32,000 nt of DNA from Mesoplasma florum L1 (GTDB lineage Bacteria > Bacillota_I > Bacilli_A > Mycoplasmatales > Mycoplasmataceae), in the NCBI RefSeq assembly GCF_000008305.1, contig NC_006055.1:660001-692000 (forward strand), given 5' to 3'. The notes beneath the pieces are model-generated. The model ran no database searches and was not told the origin of the DNA. It worked only from the letters and a program-made list of their open reading frames with translations. This document shows, piece by piece, positions 10,096-22,846 of the stretch. Position 1 is the first letter of the stretch; each line of letters begins with the position of its first letter. Both the position numbers and the translations under genes were made by a program.

Positions 10096-10602
10096 TTATT
10101 TTAATTCTTTTTTAGCTTTTTTAAGTGCTGCATCATAAATCATCTTTGCTTCTTCATCAATGTAGTCATTAGCATGTTCTCCATTTTTAACAAAAGATAA
10201 TGCATACGCATAGCCACCAAACCCTGAGACAAAACATAAAACAAAAAATATACCACAAAATACAAGTTCAATAATTCCTTTAGTTTTTTTGGCTTCATCA
10301 ATTATCACATGATTATTTAAATCTTCTCAATCATAGCTTTTAGAAGTAAATAAATCTATCATTCCAACAGACATCAAAATGGAAGCAATAACAACAAAAA
10401 TAAGAGCTAAAATAACTCATGGTAATATTTTTTTATTAACTGTCTTATAACATCCCATATGACTTGTGTATATTCTTCCACTTGTTGACACAAAACCTAA
10501 ATTTGAATTATTAGGAGTATAAATAGCACCAGCTGAACTTTGACCACTTCTGCTTAATTGGTATGGTTTTATTGGTTTTTTACAATAGTTACAATTTTTC
10601 AT
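10096..10602 (-). CDS. hypothetical membrane protein with an N-terminal Cys-rich (zinc-ribbon-like) segment (168 aa)
   Basis: Track ORFs 10417-10602 and 10096-10308 share one frame, and the gap was translated (WVILALIFVVIASILMSVGMIDLFTSKSYDWEDLNNHV). The N-terminus is MKNCNYCKKP...HMGC. Two predicted TM helices are followed by a charged C-terminus. Confidence 0.65.
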
Positions 10603-10667
10603 ATTATCTCCTTTACTTATTATATTTTATAACTTTAAAAATAATATTTTTATATAATATAAATATA

Positions 10668-10780
10668 ACATTTTCGGGGCAAGGCGAAATTCCTTACCGA
10701 TGGTAATAGTCCATGAACCTTAATTGGTTGATTCAGTGAAATTCTGAAACCGACGGTATAGTCCGGATGGTAGAAAATGT
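10668..10780 (+). promoter_or_regulatory. FMN riboswitch (RFN element)
   Basis: UUUUCGGGGCAAGGCGAAAUUCCUUACCGAUGGUAAUAGUCCAUGAACC...GGUUGAUUCAGUGAAAUUCUGAAACCGACGGUAUAGUCCGGAUGGUAGAAAAUG matches the conserved RFN core (GGGGCAGGGUGAAAUUCC, CCGACAGU-UAGUCUGGAUG-GAGAA). The closing P1 helix is CAUUUUC/GAAAAUG. Confidence 0.9.
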
Positions 10781-10826
10781 CAGCTAACAATAAACAATTT
10801 TTTGTTTAATTTTTTGCTGTCCGCCT

Positions 10827-10849
10827 CGCTTTTTTATAAGCGTTTTTTT
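10827..10849 (+). terminator. candidate weak terminator in the FMN riboswitch expression platform
   Basis: CGCTT-TTTTAT-AAGCG is followed by T7, 20 nt upstream of the start codon. The stem is only 5 bp, so the regulatory mechanism is uncertain. Confidence 0.35.
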
Positions 10850-10869
10850 ATACTTGAAAGGAGGATAAT

Positions 10870-11556
10870 ATGGATAAAAAATATAAGTTATGAAATTATA
10901 AATATGATTTTTCAGAAATAAACTTAAAGAATTGAAAAGAAGTATTAAAAGATACTTTTAAACTTAATACTAGAAAAATAGCTTTGCTTTCAATGTTATT
11001 TGCAATTGAAATATTGATGACTATAATTTCTAAAGTTATTATGGGTCTAGCTATTCCAATGATTGTTGGTGTTTACACAATCGAGATTTCTTTCTTTGTC
11101 ATACTAATTATATATTTATGTTCTAACTACATATATGCATCTATATTGTCCATTACTGCGATTTGATTTAGATTATTATTAGGTAGTGAACCTGTAGGTT
11201 TACTTTCAATGATGATTTCAGATACAGCTTTTTTAACAATTTTTGCAGTTTTATTTTTCATCTTAAAAAAATTTATATTTTTAAAGTTTAAATTTAAAAA
11301 TCAAATAAAAATTCTTATTGCTTTAATTTGTTTTGCTGGTTTAATATCTATGATTGGATCAGGTTTTATTTCAATGTTGTGTAATGATAAATTTATTTTT
11401 GAAATGTATTATTTATCTGATGATGGTAGCGGTTATTGAAAAATGCTTTTATGAGTTGGATTTGGTGTAACTTTAGCTAAATATAGTATCAATATTTTGC
11501 TCTTTGCTTCAACGTTAAAGGTTTTATTAATTTTAATTAAACAATCTAGAGTATAA
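10870..11556 (+). CDS. putative riboflavin transporter (RibU-like ECF S-component membrane protein, 228 aa)
   Basis: ATG at 10870 follows AAAGGAGGA. Track ORFs 10984-11166 and 11209-11439 are in frame, and TGA-only gaps were translated to TAA 11554-11556. The protein is hydrophobic throughout. The function is inferred from the FMN riboswitch immediately upstream. Confidence 0.6.
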
Positions 11557-11583
11557 GAAAAACAGACTCATGTCTGTTTTTTA
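11557..11583. terminator. bidirectional intrinsic terminator (transporter / pgk)
   Basis: AAAAACAGAC-TCAT-GTCTGTTTTTT lies between convergent stops at 11554-11556 and 11596-11598. Confidence 0.6.
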
Positions 11584-11595
11584 TATATTAATTAA

Positions 11596-12810
11596 TTATT
11601 TGTTTTGGATTGCAGCAATTCCAGGTAATTCTTTACCTTCCATATATTCTAATGAAGCTCCACCACCTGTAGAAATTCATGAGAATTCATCTTTGAATCC
11701 TAATTTAATTGCAGCTGCAGCTGAGTCTCCTCCACCAATTAAAGTGAAACCTCCATCAGCTTTACGTTTTGCAGCAGCTTCACAAACAGCAACAGTACCA
11801 GCTTTGAAGTTTTCAAATTCACTAACTCCCATTGGTCCATTTCAAACAACAGTTTTTGCGTTTGCTAATTCTTTTTCATACATTTCAATAGTTTTTGGTC
11901 CGATATCTAATCCCATCATTCCTGCTGGAACATTTTCTCCACATAATGTTGGAGCAACATCAGCATATTCAGGAGCACATAAACTATCAACAGGTAACAT
12001 TATTTTTCCATTAGCTTTTTCTAAGTATTCTTTAGCCAATTCAACTTTATCAGCTTCTAATAATGAGTTACCAATTTCTAATCCCATTGCTTTATGGAAT
12101 GTATAAGTCATACCTCCACCAATTAAAATTTTGTCAACTTTAGTTAAAAGGTTATCAATAACACCAATTTTGTCAGAAACTTTTGCTCCTCCTAAAATTG
12201 CAACAAAAGGTCTTTCAGGTGCGTCTATTCCTTTACCTAACATTTCAATTTCATTTTGAACTAAGAAACCTAATGCTGATTCAGAAATGTTTGAAGCTAT
12301 ACCAACGTTTGAAGCATGAGCACGGTGTGCAGTACCAAATGCATCATTAATAAATACATCTCCAAGGCTTGCTCAGTATTTTCCTAATTCTGGATCATTT
12401 TTTGATTCAGCTTTAACTACTTCACCATCTTTTACATCTTCGAAACGAGTGTTTTCAAATAATAAAACTTCTTTTTCATTTAATGCATTAATTGCAGTTT
12501 CTAATTCAGTTCCTCTTGTTTGGTTAACAAAGTTTACTGATTGTGCTAAAACTTCTTCCAATCTTTTTGCTACTGGAGCTAATGATTTAGTTTTTTTGTC
12601 ATCTTCACTTTTAATTCTTGATAAGTGTGAAAATAAGATAACTTTTGCGCCATTTTCAACTAAATATTTAATTGTTGGTAATGCTGCTTGAATACGATTG
12701 TCATCAGTAATAACTCCATCTTTTAATGGAACATTAAAGTCAACACGAACTAAAACTTTTTTTCCTTTTACATTAATATCTTTTAATGTTTTTTTCAAAT
12801 TGTAATTCAT
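11596..12810 (-). CDS. pgk: phosphoglycerate kinase (404 aa)
   Basis: Track ORFs 12373-12810 and 11842-12243 share one frame, and the gaps were translated ([57 protein letters not shown]). Ends at TAA 11596-11598. Confidence 0.95.
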
Positions 12811-12877
12811 TTTATTCTCCTCTTTTTCTTTACAATATATATTTTAACTCTTTTATATAAATTATTAAATTAATAAC

Positions 12878-12900
12878 AAAAAAAATACCCCGAAGGGTAT
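12878..12900 (-). terminator. intrinsic terminator after gap
   Basis: Minus-strand AUACCC-UUCG-GGGUAU followed by U7, 22 nt downstream of the gap stop. Confidence 0.7.
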
Positions 12901-12922
12901 TTAAATTTATTAATTCTAGGAA

Positions 12923-13936
<1,014 letters not shown>

Positions 13937-13989
13937 ATATTTTATCCTCTCTTGTAATATCTATACATTAATAATTTTACACTCTTAAA

Positions 13990-14036
13990 TAAAAAAGAAC
14001 AAATTTTTCAAAAAAAATCTTTGAAAAATTATGTTC
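13990..14036 (-). terminator. long-stem intrinsic terminator overlapping the dnaI stop codon
   Basis: Arms GAACAAATTTTTCAAA and TTTGAAAAATTATGTTC form about 16 bp with one bulge. A U6 tract follows on the minus strand (A-run 13991-13996). Confidence 0.6.
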
Positions 14037-14964
14037 TTTTAGATTGTTTTCCCATTAGTGTTACAAATGTTGTTAAAGTTGTTATTCTTTCTTTTAGTCT
14101 AGCCACTTTCATAACTTCAATTTCTTTATTATTTTTATTTATATTATAAATTTTATCTAGTTCATAAAACGTAAAATTTGATGACATGAAAGTGAGTTTT
14201 TTTCTATTCATTCTGTAATTCAAAATTATATATCATAAATTATCTCTTGTTCAGCTTGAAACCATTTCACCAGCAAAGTCATCTATGAATAAAATGTCAG
14301 CTTTTTTCATTTGATCAATATATGGAATAGAAGAATTAGAGTTTTTACTAAACTGTTCCTTGCATTTTTCTATTATATCTGGTGCTGTGCAAAAGAATAC
14401 TTTGGCATCTCTTTTTGCTGCTTCATTGGCTAATGTTTTTAACATTGTTGTTTTACCAATACCAGGATTACCATGTAAATAAACTCCCTTAATATTTGTT
14501 CGATCAATATTTTTTATGTCTTTAATATAATCAACAACTAATTTTCCCGAATTTTTTATTATCAATTCTCGCTCTTGAATTTCTTCAGCACTAAAGAAGT
14601 TTTCAGTTTTTAAATCTTCTAAATAATTCTTTACTGTCTTAGGAAATGCATCTACACTAAAGTCTTTATAAATATAATTGTTTTTAATTGTTTGATTTTT
14701 ATTTTCATATAGAAAATGAGTACACGGTGAAGAACTTAAATAAAAGTTTGAATTTTTAAAAGTTAAATTCAATTGTCGTCCCCTAATTCTTTGCTTACAT
14801 TCCTTTATTGGACCAGTTGAACATTCTGTATAGTCGGATACAAATTCAAATAAAATAATAAAATTTTGCTTTAAAACTTCATCTGTTATTTCATGAGATT
14901 CATTTTTGCTATTTTCAATTAAATTTGCAATAACTTTATTATCTTTAAAAATTTGAATATCCAT
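14029..14964 (-). CDS. dnaI: primosomal helicase-loader protein DnaI (311 aa)
   Basis: Track ORFs 14251-14964 and 14029-14223 share one frame joined by two TGA codons (FAGEMVSSWTRDNLWYIILNYRMNRKKLTFMSSNFTFYEL). Contains Walker A GNPGIGKTT and Walker B ILFIDDF. It sits directly after a DnaB_2-type gene. Confidence 0.85.
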
Positions 14965-14971
14965 ATTCGAC

Positions 14972-16156
14972 CTACCATTCTATATCTATATTTTGTTCCA
15001 TTACGAATTCTGTTGTTTGCTGGTTAGCATATGTATAATTTTGATCTTCAGTATTTTTATCAGTTTTTTTGCTAACATTTTTTAAATATGTATAAAGTTC
15101 TTTTGTTGTAGAAATTTGTTTGTTTTTTAAAGATTCAACTATTTTTACAACATAGTTATAAATAAATTTTTTATTATTTTTCAAGTATGAATAACTAATC
15201 AAACAGTTTAATATTCCATCAGATAAGTTGTATTTTGTTTTAAGTGAACTAATGATATCAATAACATTTTGATCTGCTTCAACGTCCATACATTTATTAT
15301 AGAATGTAAGTCATTCTGTAGAATTGAAACTGTTAATAATATTTATGTCATCATCTGATAAATCGTTTCCAAAAGTTTTTCTTATAAATTCTTTTGATAT
15401 AGCTTTAAACTCAATATTTAAAGCTATTCAATCAATTTCTTTAATTGACTTTTTATAGTGATTTACTAATAGTTCAGCTATAAATTCTATACTAAATTCT
15501 TTTTTTAGTAGGAGAGCATCTAAATTTGATTTTACGCTTTCATTAAATTCTATTAAAACACCTTTTTTTGTCAAAATGTTATTTAATTCAAATAGGTTAA
15601 GCATTTCATCACAAATATAAACATCTTTTTTTATTGTTTCAACAGCTTGTTCAATATCAATTAAATCTAATTCGTTATCTTCATTGTTTTCAAACATATC
15701 TTCAACTTCATAATCTAGATCATCAATATTAAATTCTTTATTTTTAAATTGTAAATGTGCTAGTTCAAAGTTTTCTTCACCAACTTTTTTTAGCAGTCAT
15801 CCTCTTGTGGCTTGATTCTCAAAGAATTGCTTTGGAGACAACGGTAAGTTTACTACAATTGCCATGTTTCCACTTTTTTTAGATTTAAAACATTTAATCA
15901 ATTTTAGTTTTGAAAGTTTCCCTAAATTTTTCTTTAACTGTTTTTCAGGTGATGCTGTTATTAATGCTATTCTTTCTAAAGTAAAAGGTGACGAATTCAA
16001 TTTTTTACTTCAGTTGCTTTCTAATATTAAAGTATTATATAGTCCAATGGCTGATGAACCTATGATGGGCTGGTATAAATTAAAAAGAACTTCATGATCA
16101 ATTTTTGATAATTCTTTTGATCAGTGAATTAAATACTTACGATTCAAAATGTTCAT
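14972..16156 (-). CDS. dnaB: replication initiation and membrane attachment protein (Bacillus-type DnaB, 394 aa)
   Basis: ATG at 16154-16156 follows AAGGGGG. Track ORFs 15797-16000, 15428-15697 and 14972-15289 are in frame and the gaps were translated. The N-terminus is MNILNRKYLIHWSKELSKIDHEVLFNLYQPIIGSSAIGLYNTL, typical of the DnaB_2/DnaD-like family. The dnaB-dnaI order matches Bacillus. Confidence 0.75.
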
Positions 16157-16260
16157 ACCATACCCCCTTGATACAAATATAAATATAAAATAAAAAAATG
16201 TGAAAAAATTAATAATTTATATAGATTTTTTAATTATTTTTTGTTGTGTTTATAAACATT

Positions 16261-16284
16261 AAAAAAAACCTATGTTAAACATAG
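16261..16284 (-). terminator. candidate intrinsic terminator after fpg
   Basis: Minus-strand CUAUG-UUUAA-CAUAG followed by GUUUUUUUU, about 35 nt after the fpg stop. The stem is short. Confidence 0.45.
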
Positions 16285-16318
16285 ATTTATTTTGTGTTTT
16301 CCACATTTCCACAAAAAG

Positions 16319-17146
16319 CTAGTGTTGACATTTTGCACAAAAGTATGTTCCGCGACCTGCAACTTGTTTTTTTAATATCTTTGTTCCGCAAACAAAGCAT
16401 TTTTCGTCTTTTCTTAAGTGCACTTTTAATTCATGTTGGAATTGACCAGTTTCGCCATCCCCAGATTTATAACTATGAATTGAAGTCCCCTTTAAACTGA
16501 TAGCTTTTTCTAATATTGCATTAGAAAACATGATAATTTTTTTAAGTTCTTCATCTGTTAATGTTTTTGTTATTCTTTCTGGATTAATACCTGCAGCAAA
16601 TAAAATTTCGTTTGCATATATATTACCAATTCCACAAAGAACACTTTGATCTAATATAAAAGCCTTAATTAAGGAATTAGATTTAATTGCTTTTTCTTTT
16701 AGATATTCAAAAGAAGGTTGACTATTTAATGGCTCTGGACCTAATTTATCCATTCCACTTTTTTGTTTATAATTTTTTTTATCTCAAATTTCAATTGTTC
16801 CAAATTTTCTAGAATCATAATATTTTAAATATTCACCATTTGATAGCTCAAATTGCAATCTTAAATGGTTTGCATTATAAATATCTATTTCTTTTTTTGA
16901 AATGCTTCATTTGCCTTCCATTCTCAAATGACTAATAATAATTTGATTTGAAAGTTCAAACATTAAATATTTTCCATAATTTGAAACTTTCAATATTTTT
17001 TGATTTAAAACACTTTTATAAAAGTCTTTAACTTCATTTCTTCAAATCATTTTTTCAAAAAAACATTCTGCTTTTAAAATTGTTGTATTGACTATTCTTT
17101 TATTTAAAAAAACAGCAACCGTTCTAACCTCTGGTAGTTCTGGCAT
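16319..17146 (-). CDS. mutM: formamidopyrimidine-DNA glycosylase (275 aa)
   Basis: The N-terminus MPELPEVRTV was recovered upstream of track ORF 16319-16753 in the same frame, and the whole gap was translated with TGA only. Contains H2TH GIGNIYANEILF and a C-terminal zinc finger CFVCGTKI...GRGTYFCAKCQ. Confidence 0.9.
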
Positions 17147-17163
17147 TTTTCCCACTCCTTAAA

Positions 17164-19851
17164 TTATTTTAACTCAAACCAATTATTACCTTTTGACTTG
17201 TTAACTTCAAGTTTAACTTCTATTGGTTGTTCTTCTTTTTGAACTATTTTTGATAAATCAATAAAAGCATTTTGCATGCATTCTTCAACTATTTTGACTG
17301 CTAGTGATTCTTCGCTTTCAAAAATTTCAAAAATGATTTCATCATGAATTTGTGCAGTCATAAAACTTTTAAGATTATTTTCCCTAAATTCTTTATGTAT
17401 ATTATTCATTGCTACTTTTAATATATCAGCAGCAGTCCCTTGAATTGGCATATTTACAGCTATTCTATTTCCAAAGTTTTTTACCATGAAATTCGAAGAC
17501 GCCAATTCATTAACAATTCTTCTTCTGTTTGCGTAAGTTTCAGCATATCCATTAACAGTTGCTTGATTTATTAAACTATTCTTATATGTCATAAGTTTTG
17601 GAAATGAAAGATAATAATCATCAATAAATCTTTTGGCTTCAGGAATTGATATTTTCAAGTCATTACTTAACCCAAAGTCACTTAGACCATATATAATTCC
17701 AAAGTTAAAGACTTTGGCTATTCTTCTTTGATCACTTGTAATTTCTTCATTTTCTTCTAATTTAAATATTTTTCTAGCTGCTTCAGCATGAACATCTCTA
17801 TCATTCTTAAAAATATTTAATAAAGTATCTTCTTGTCCTAACTGGGCCAAAACTCTAAGTTCAATTTGAGAATAATCAAAACTAAAAAACTTTGTATCAT
17901 TATTAGAAATAAATATTTTACGGGCTTCTCTTTGTAATTCATCCTTAACAGATATATTTTGAATATTCGGTTCAGATGAAGACAATCTTCCTGTATTAGT
18001 AAGCGTTTGATTAAATATAGTGTGAACTTTATTATCATCAAAAATAAATTTTTCAAAACCTCTAAGATATGTTGAATATAGTTTATTTAATTTTCTATGT
18101 TCTAATAATAAATTTATAACTGGGTGTAAATGTATTATTTTTTCTAAAGCTTCTTTATCTGTACTTTGTTTTTTATTTGATGGTAAACCAATTTGATCAA
18201 ATAATAATTCTTTAATTTGTTTTGGCGAACCAAAGTTAAAATTTTCGCTTATTTGATCTTTTAATATAACTTTCATTTTCTCTTCTAATTCTTCAATTAA
18301 AAAAAGTGTCCTTGCTGTTTGCTTATCTAATTCAACTTTATCAATTAAAATACCTTTTTGTTCCATATTAAATAAAACTTCAACCAAAGGAAGCTCGATT
18401 TTTTCGTATAGATTAAATTGGTTATTTTCTTTCAATAAATTTATTATTGGTTTGTGTGTTGAATAAAGTAATTCTAACTTTCCAACAATAAATTTTGCTT
18501 TTGATGCAGTATCTATTTCTTTATTTTGTTTTACACCTTTACCATAGAAAAGTTCGTCTTCCTCAACAAATAATTCTGTTTCTACTATATTAGCTAAATT
18601 TTGAATTCTAGAAGTTACATTAGGATTTAAAACATAAGAAGCAATCATTGCATCATAAGTAAAACTAGAAAACGAAAATTTTATATTATTGTTTCTTAAA
18701 AGAGTTACTGTTTTCTTAATGTCATAAGTATTTTTTTTAAAATTATCATTTAAGAAAAATTGTTCAAGCTCTAAATCATTTATTATGTCATTTAAGTAAA
18801 AGAACCCTTTTTCATTACAAATAGCTAATCCTAATATTTGTCCTTTATGATAATTTTCATCTATTGATTCAATATATAAAAAGTTTGTTTCACAAGAAAA
18901 TTCATTATTTCATTTTTTTAATTGATTAAACTTTATTTCTTCTTTGTTAATTTGTTCATCTTTTCCGTTAATATTGCCAACTCTAGTAGATAATCTTTTT
19001 ACTAATGAATTCATTTCATATTTTTCTAAAAAATTAATAAGTCCATTTAGATTTAAATTTATTGGTTCAAAAACCAAATTTTCTATTTCTACTTCACAAT
19101 TTATTGTTGCTATTTCTTTACATAAAATTGCTGAGTCTTTTCCGTTAATAAGTTTTTCTTGTAATTTACCTGATATAGAATCAATATTTTCATATATTCC
19201 TTCTATAGTTTGGAATTCTTTTAATAATTTAATTGCAGTTTTCTCACCAACACCTTCAACTCCTTTAAGATTATCTGAAGGATCACCCATAAGACCTTTT
19301 AAATCAACAACATTTTTTGGAGCTACTTCTCATTTTTCTAATAATTCTGCTTCTCCAAATAATTCTAGATTTGATGTTCCGGTTTTTGGTAATAATATTT
19401 TTGTTTTATCACTAATCAATTGAAACATATCTTTATCACTAGTTAATATTTCAACTTCAAATTCACTAAAATTATTTTCTATAATTTTTGACATGGTTCC
19501 AATTAAATCATCAGCTTCATAGTTTTCTTTTTCTCATCAAGAAATATTTGATGAATCTAAAAATTCTCTAACAATTTGAAATTGGGGAATTAAGTCTTCA
19601 GGAGTTGCTGATCTTCCTGCTTTATAATTTTCTAACTTATCATGTCTGAAAGTTTTCTTTGATTTATCAAAAGCTACTTTTACATCATAATAGTTTCTAT
19701 CACTTATTAAACTAGTTAGCATATTCGCAAAAGAAAAAATTGCATTTGTTGGTATACCGGTTGTTGTTTTTAAAACTGGTCCTGCGTATGCACTTGCATA
19801 ATATGCTCTAAATAATAATGAGTTTCCATCTACTAATAAAATTTTCTTCAT
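17164..19851 (-). CDS. polA: DNA polymerase I (895 aa; 5' nuclease, vestigial 3'-5' exo and polymerase domains)
   Basis: Track ORFs 19537-19851, 18910-19290 and 17164-18648 share one frame and the gaps were translated. The 5' nuclease N-terminus is MKKILLVDGNSLLFRAYYA. Polymerase motifs are DYSQIELRVLA, RRIAKVFNFGIIYG and QIHDEI. The middle domain FLYIESIDENYHKGQILGLAI resembles the exo-inactive Bst-type domain. Confidence 0.95.
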
Positions 19852-19867
19852 AATTCCCTCTTTTCAA

Positions 19868-22846
19868 TTAAACCGGTTTAACTATAGATTCAAGTATTCC
19901 TGTTATTTTGTTCTTATATTTTTGCGTTCTTATTTTTAAAACGTAATTTTTGTTAGTTACTAAATCATATTGTAAATTTTCAAAGTTTGATGAAAATACT
20001 GTTAAGTCAATTGATTCGGTGTCATCAAAAACAGTTACAAAAGCCATATTTTTTTGATTCTTATCTTTAATAACTCTAATTCCTGAAATTTGACCAATTA
20101 TATTTACGTCATTCATATTTTCAACTAATTTAATAATGTCATTTGGTTTAAAAAACGCATTTTCATTTTTTAATTTTGTTAATGGGTTTGAAGATATGTA
20201 AAAACCAAAAACTTCCTTTTCATAACTTGATTCAACTTCTTCATTTAATTCTTCTTCAAATAAATTTTCTATTTTAGTTTGTTTATCTAATGATATATTT
20301 TCATTGAACGCCATCATAGCACTAAAAATAAAGTCCTTATTAGCTACCATAGTTGATTTATTATAACCAAAACAATCAAAGCTTCCTGCTTTTGCTAATA
20401 AAGTATAATTTGACTCATTTAAACCTTTATTTTTCATATAAAAGAAAAAATTATTTAAGTCATCAAATAAATTTGAGTGTTCTTCATAAACTTTATTTAG
20501 AGTTGCTATAAAATCTCTACCAATACCCTTAATTAAAGTAAGAGGCATGTAAATTCTATTTTCTGAACTTGTGTAATTTAATTTTATTGTGTCTTCAAGT
20601 TTTTTGCTTATTGCAGGCTTCACAGATGGTTTAATAACCTCTATGCCAAATTGTTTTACTTCTTTAATATATCTACTAGTTTTGCTTGGATTACCAACTA
20701 CACCATTTAATAGTGCTGTATAAAATTCAGCTGGATAATGTGCTTTAAATCAAGCCAATCAATAACCAATGTAAGAATATGCTATTGCATGTGATTTGTT
20801 AAAACCATATTTTGCAAATTGTTCAATTCAGTTTCAAATCGCAACAGCTTTTTCATTTGAATAATTATTTGCCATTGCATTATTAATAAATTCATCTTTG
20901 ACTTCCATCATATATTCAATTTGTTTTTTACCCATTGCTCTTCTTACAATATCAGCTTTACCTAATGAAAAATTTCCTACTAATTGTAGTATTTGCATAA
21001 CTTGTTCTTGATATACAATCACACCATAGGTTGGTAATAAGATATTTGCCAGACTTTTATCAATTAAAGACACTCTTCTATTATTCTTGTTGTTTATGTA
21101 ATCTGGTATCATTTCTTGCGGACCAGGTCTGTATAAAGAAGAAGCTGCGGAAATATCATTTATATTATTAACTTTCATATCAATTATTAAATTAGTCATA
21201 CCTTGCGATTCTAGTTGAAATATACCTGTTGTATTTCCTTCTCTAAGAATTTTAAATGTTTTAGCGTCATTTAAATCAATTTTTGAAAGTGTAAAATCTT
21301 CATTGTGATTTTTCTTTACAAGATCTAAAATTTCTTTTAATGTAGTTAAATTTCTTAATCCCAATAAATCCATTTTGATCAAGCCTATATCTTCTAAATA
21401 ATTCATATCAAATTGAGTTTGATATATTCCATTTAATCCTTGTCTGATAGGTAAAACATTTCTCAAATCAGTATCACTTATTATTATACCTGCAGCATGT
21501 GTACCTGTTTGTCTAGGGCAACCTATTAATTTTTCAACAAGTTTAAAGATATTTTTAAATTCAGCTTTTTCACTATATTCTTTTATTAATTTTTGCGTTT
21601 TAAGTATTTCATCAAAACTTAAATAATCATCTGTTAGGGATTTTGTTATAAGATTAACCAAATTCATATCAATTTGATAAATTCTACAAGCATCTCTAAA
21701 AGCTGATTTAAATGCGATTGTTTGATAAGTAACTATTGTTGCAACATTATATTTTCCGTATTTCTCAAATAAATACTCAATAACTTCATCTCTTCTATTA
21801 TCTTGAAAATCTATATCAATATCTGGCATTGTAATACGCTCAGGATTTAAGAATCTTTCAAAAAGTAAATTATATTCAATTGGGTCAATCGTTGTGATTC
21901 TTAATAAAAAGGATACTAAGCTACCTGCTGCACTACCCCTACCAGGGCCAACAATTATGTCATTTCTTCTAGCAAAAGAAACATAGTCATGAACTATCAA
22001 GAAGTAATCTGCAAAACCAGTTTTTTCAATAATGCTTAATTCATGATTTAATCTTTGAATATATTCTTCTTTAATTGGTTCATGTTTAACATTTTTGAAA
22101 TAATGTTGTAATCCTGCTAAACATTTTTGTTTAAGATATGAAAAACTAGGCATATTATCAGGCGCTATAAATTTTGCCATATGTTTCTCATTATCTTCAA
22201 AAATATTAAGATTAACATTATCACTAATATATTTACCTATTTCTTCAGAATTAGGAAAAATTTGAGATATTTCATCTGCATATGGATATGCTTCATTGAT
22301 TTTGTATATCTTATTTGCTTCTGTACTTGTTAAATTGTTTTTTAAAGCAAAAAGACCTTTATAAAGATCTTGTTCATCATCAGAAATATATCTTATAGGG
22401 TTAAAAAATATTTTTTTATCATTTGTATTTATAATTTCTGCATTATTAAAAAATTCATTTTTATTATCAACGTTAGTTATCAAAAAAGAATTATTATCAA
22501 CATATTTTTTTAAAAGATCAAAAATTTCTTCATCATTCAATTTAACATCTTCATTTAAATTCGAAGAAATAATACATGTGTATTTATAAGCTGCTTTATT
22601 TTTTGGAATTAAAGTAATTATTTTTTTATCATTTAATTCAATAGATAATCCAATAATAGGCTTAATGTTTTCTTTTAAGGCTTTTTGAAAAAATTCAGCT
22701 ACCCCATACATAGTTTTATTTTCGCAATAAAATAAATGTTTAAATCCTTCATTTTTCGCAAAAGAAATATAGTCATTAATTTTTATTAATGACTCTTGAA
22801 AATTATAAACACTACGCACATTTATTAGGGGTATGAAATTTGACAT
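19868..22846 (-). CDS. dnaE: DNA polymerase III alpha subunit, DnaE type (992 aa)
   Basis: Track ORFs 20834-22888 and 19868-20623 share one frame, and the gap was translated ([39 protein letters not shown]). I chose ATG 22844-22846 (MSNFIPLINVRSVYNF) because AAGGAGG lies 4 nt upstream and it aligns with the usual PHP-domain N-terminus. Confidence 0.9.

Noticed and set aside
16297-16313. Two tandem DnaA-box-like motifs (TTTTCCACA and ATTTCCACA) near the dnaB-dnaI operon.
   Set aside because: There are only two boxes and one is imperfect. They lie between the fpg stop codon and its terminator (3' UTR), not in the dnaB promoter, and such 9-mers arise easily in AT-rich DNA. They are not enough to call a DnaA-binding cluster or an origin.
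17838-18056. Track ORF 17838-18056 (-), nested in polA in another frame.
   Set aside because: It overlaps the conserved polymerase palm and finger motifs of polA out of frame. It has no RBS and is low-complexity.
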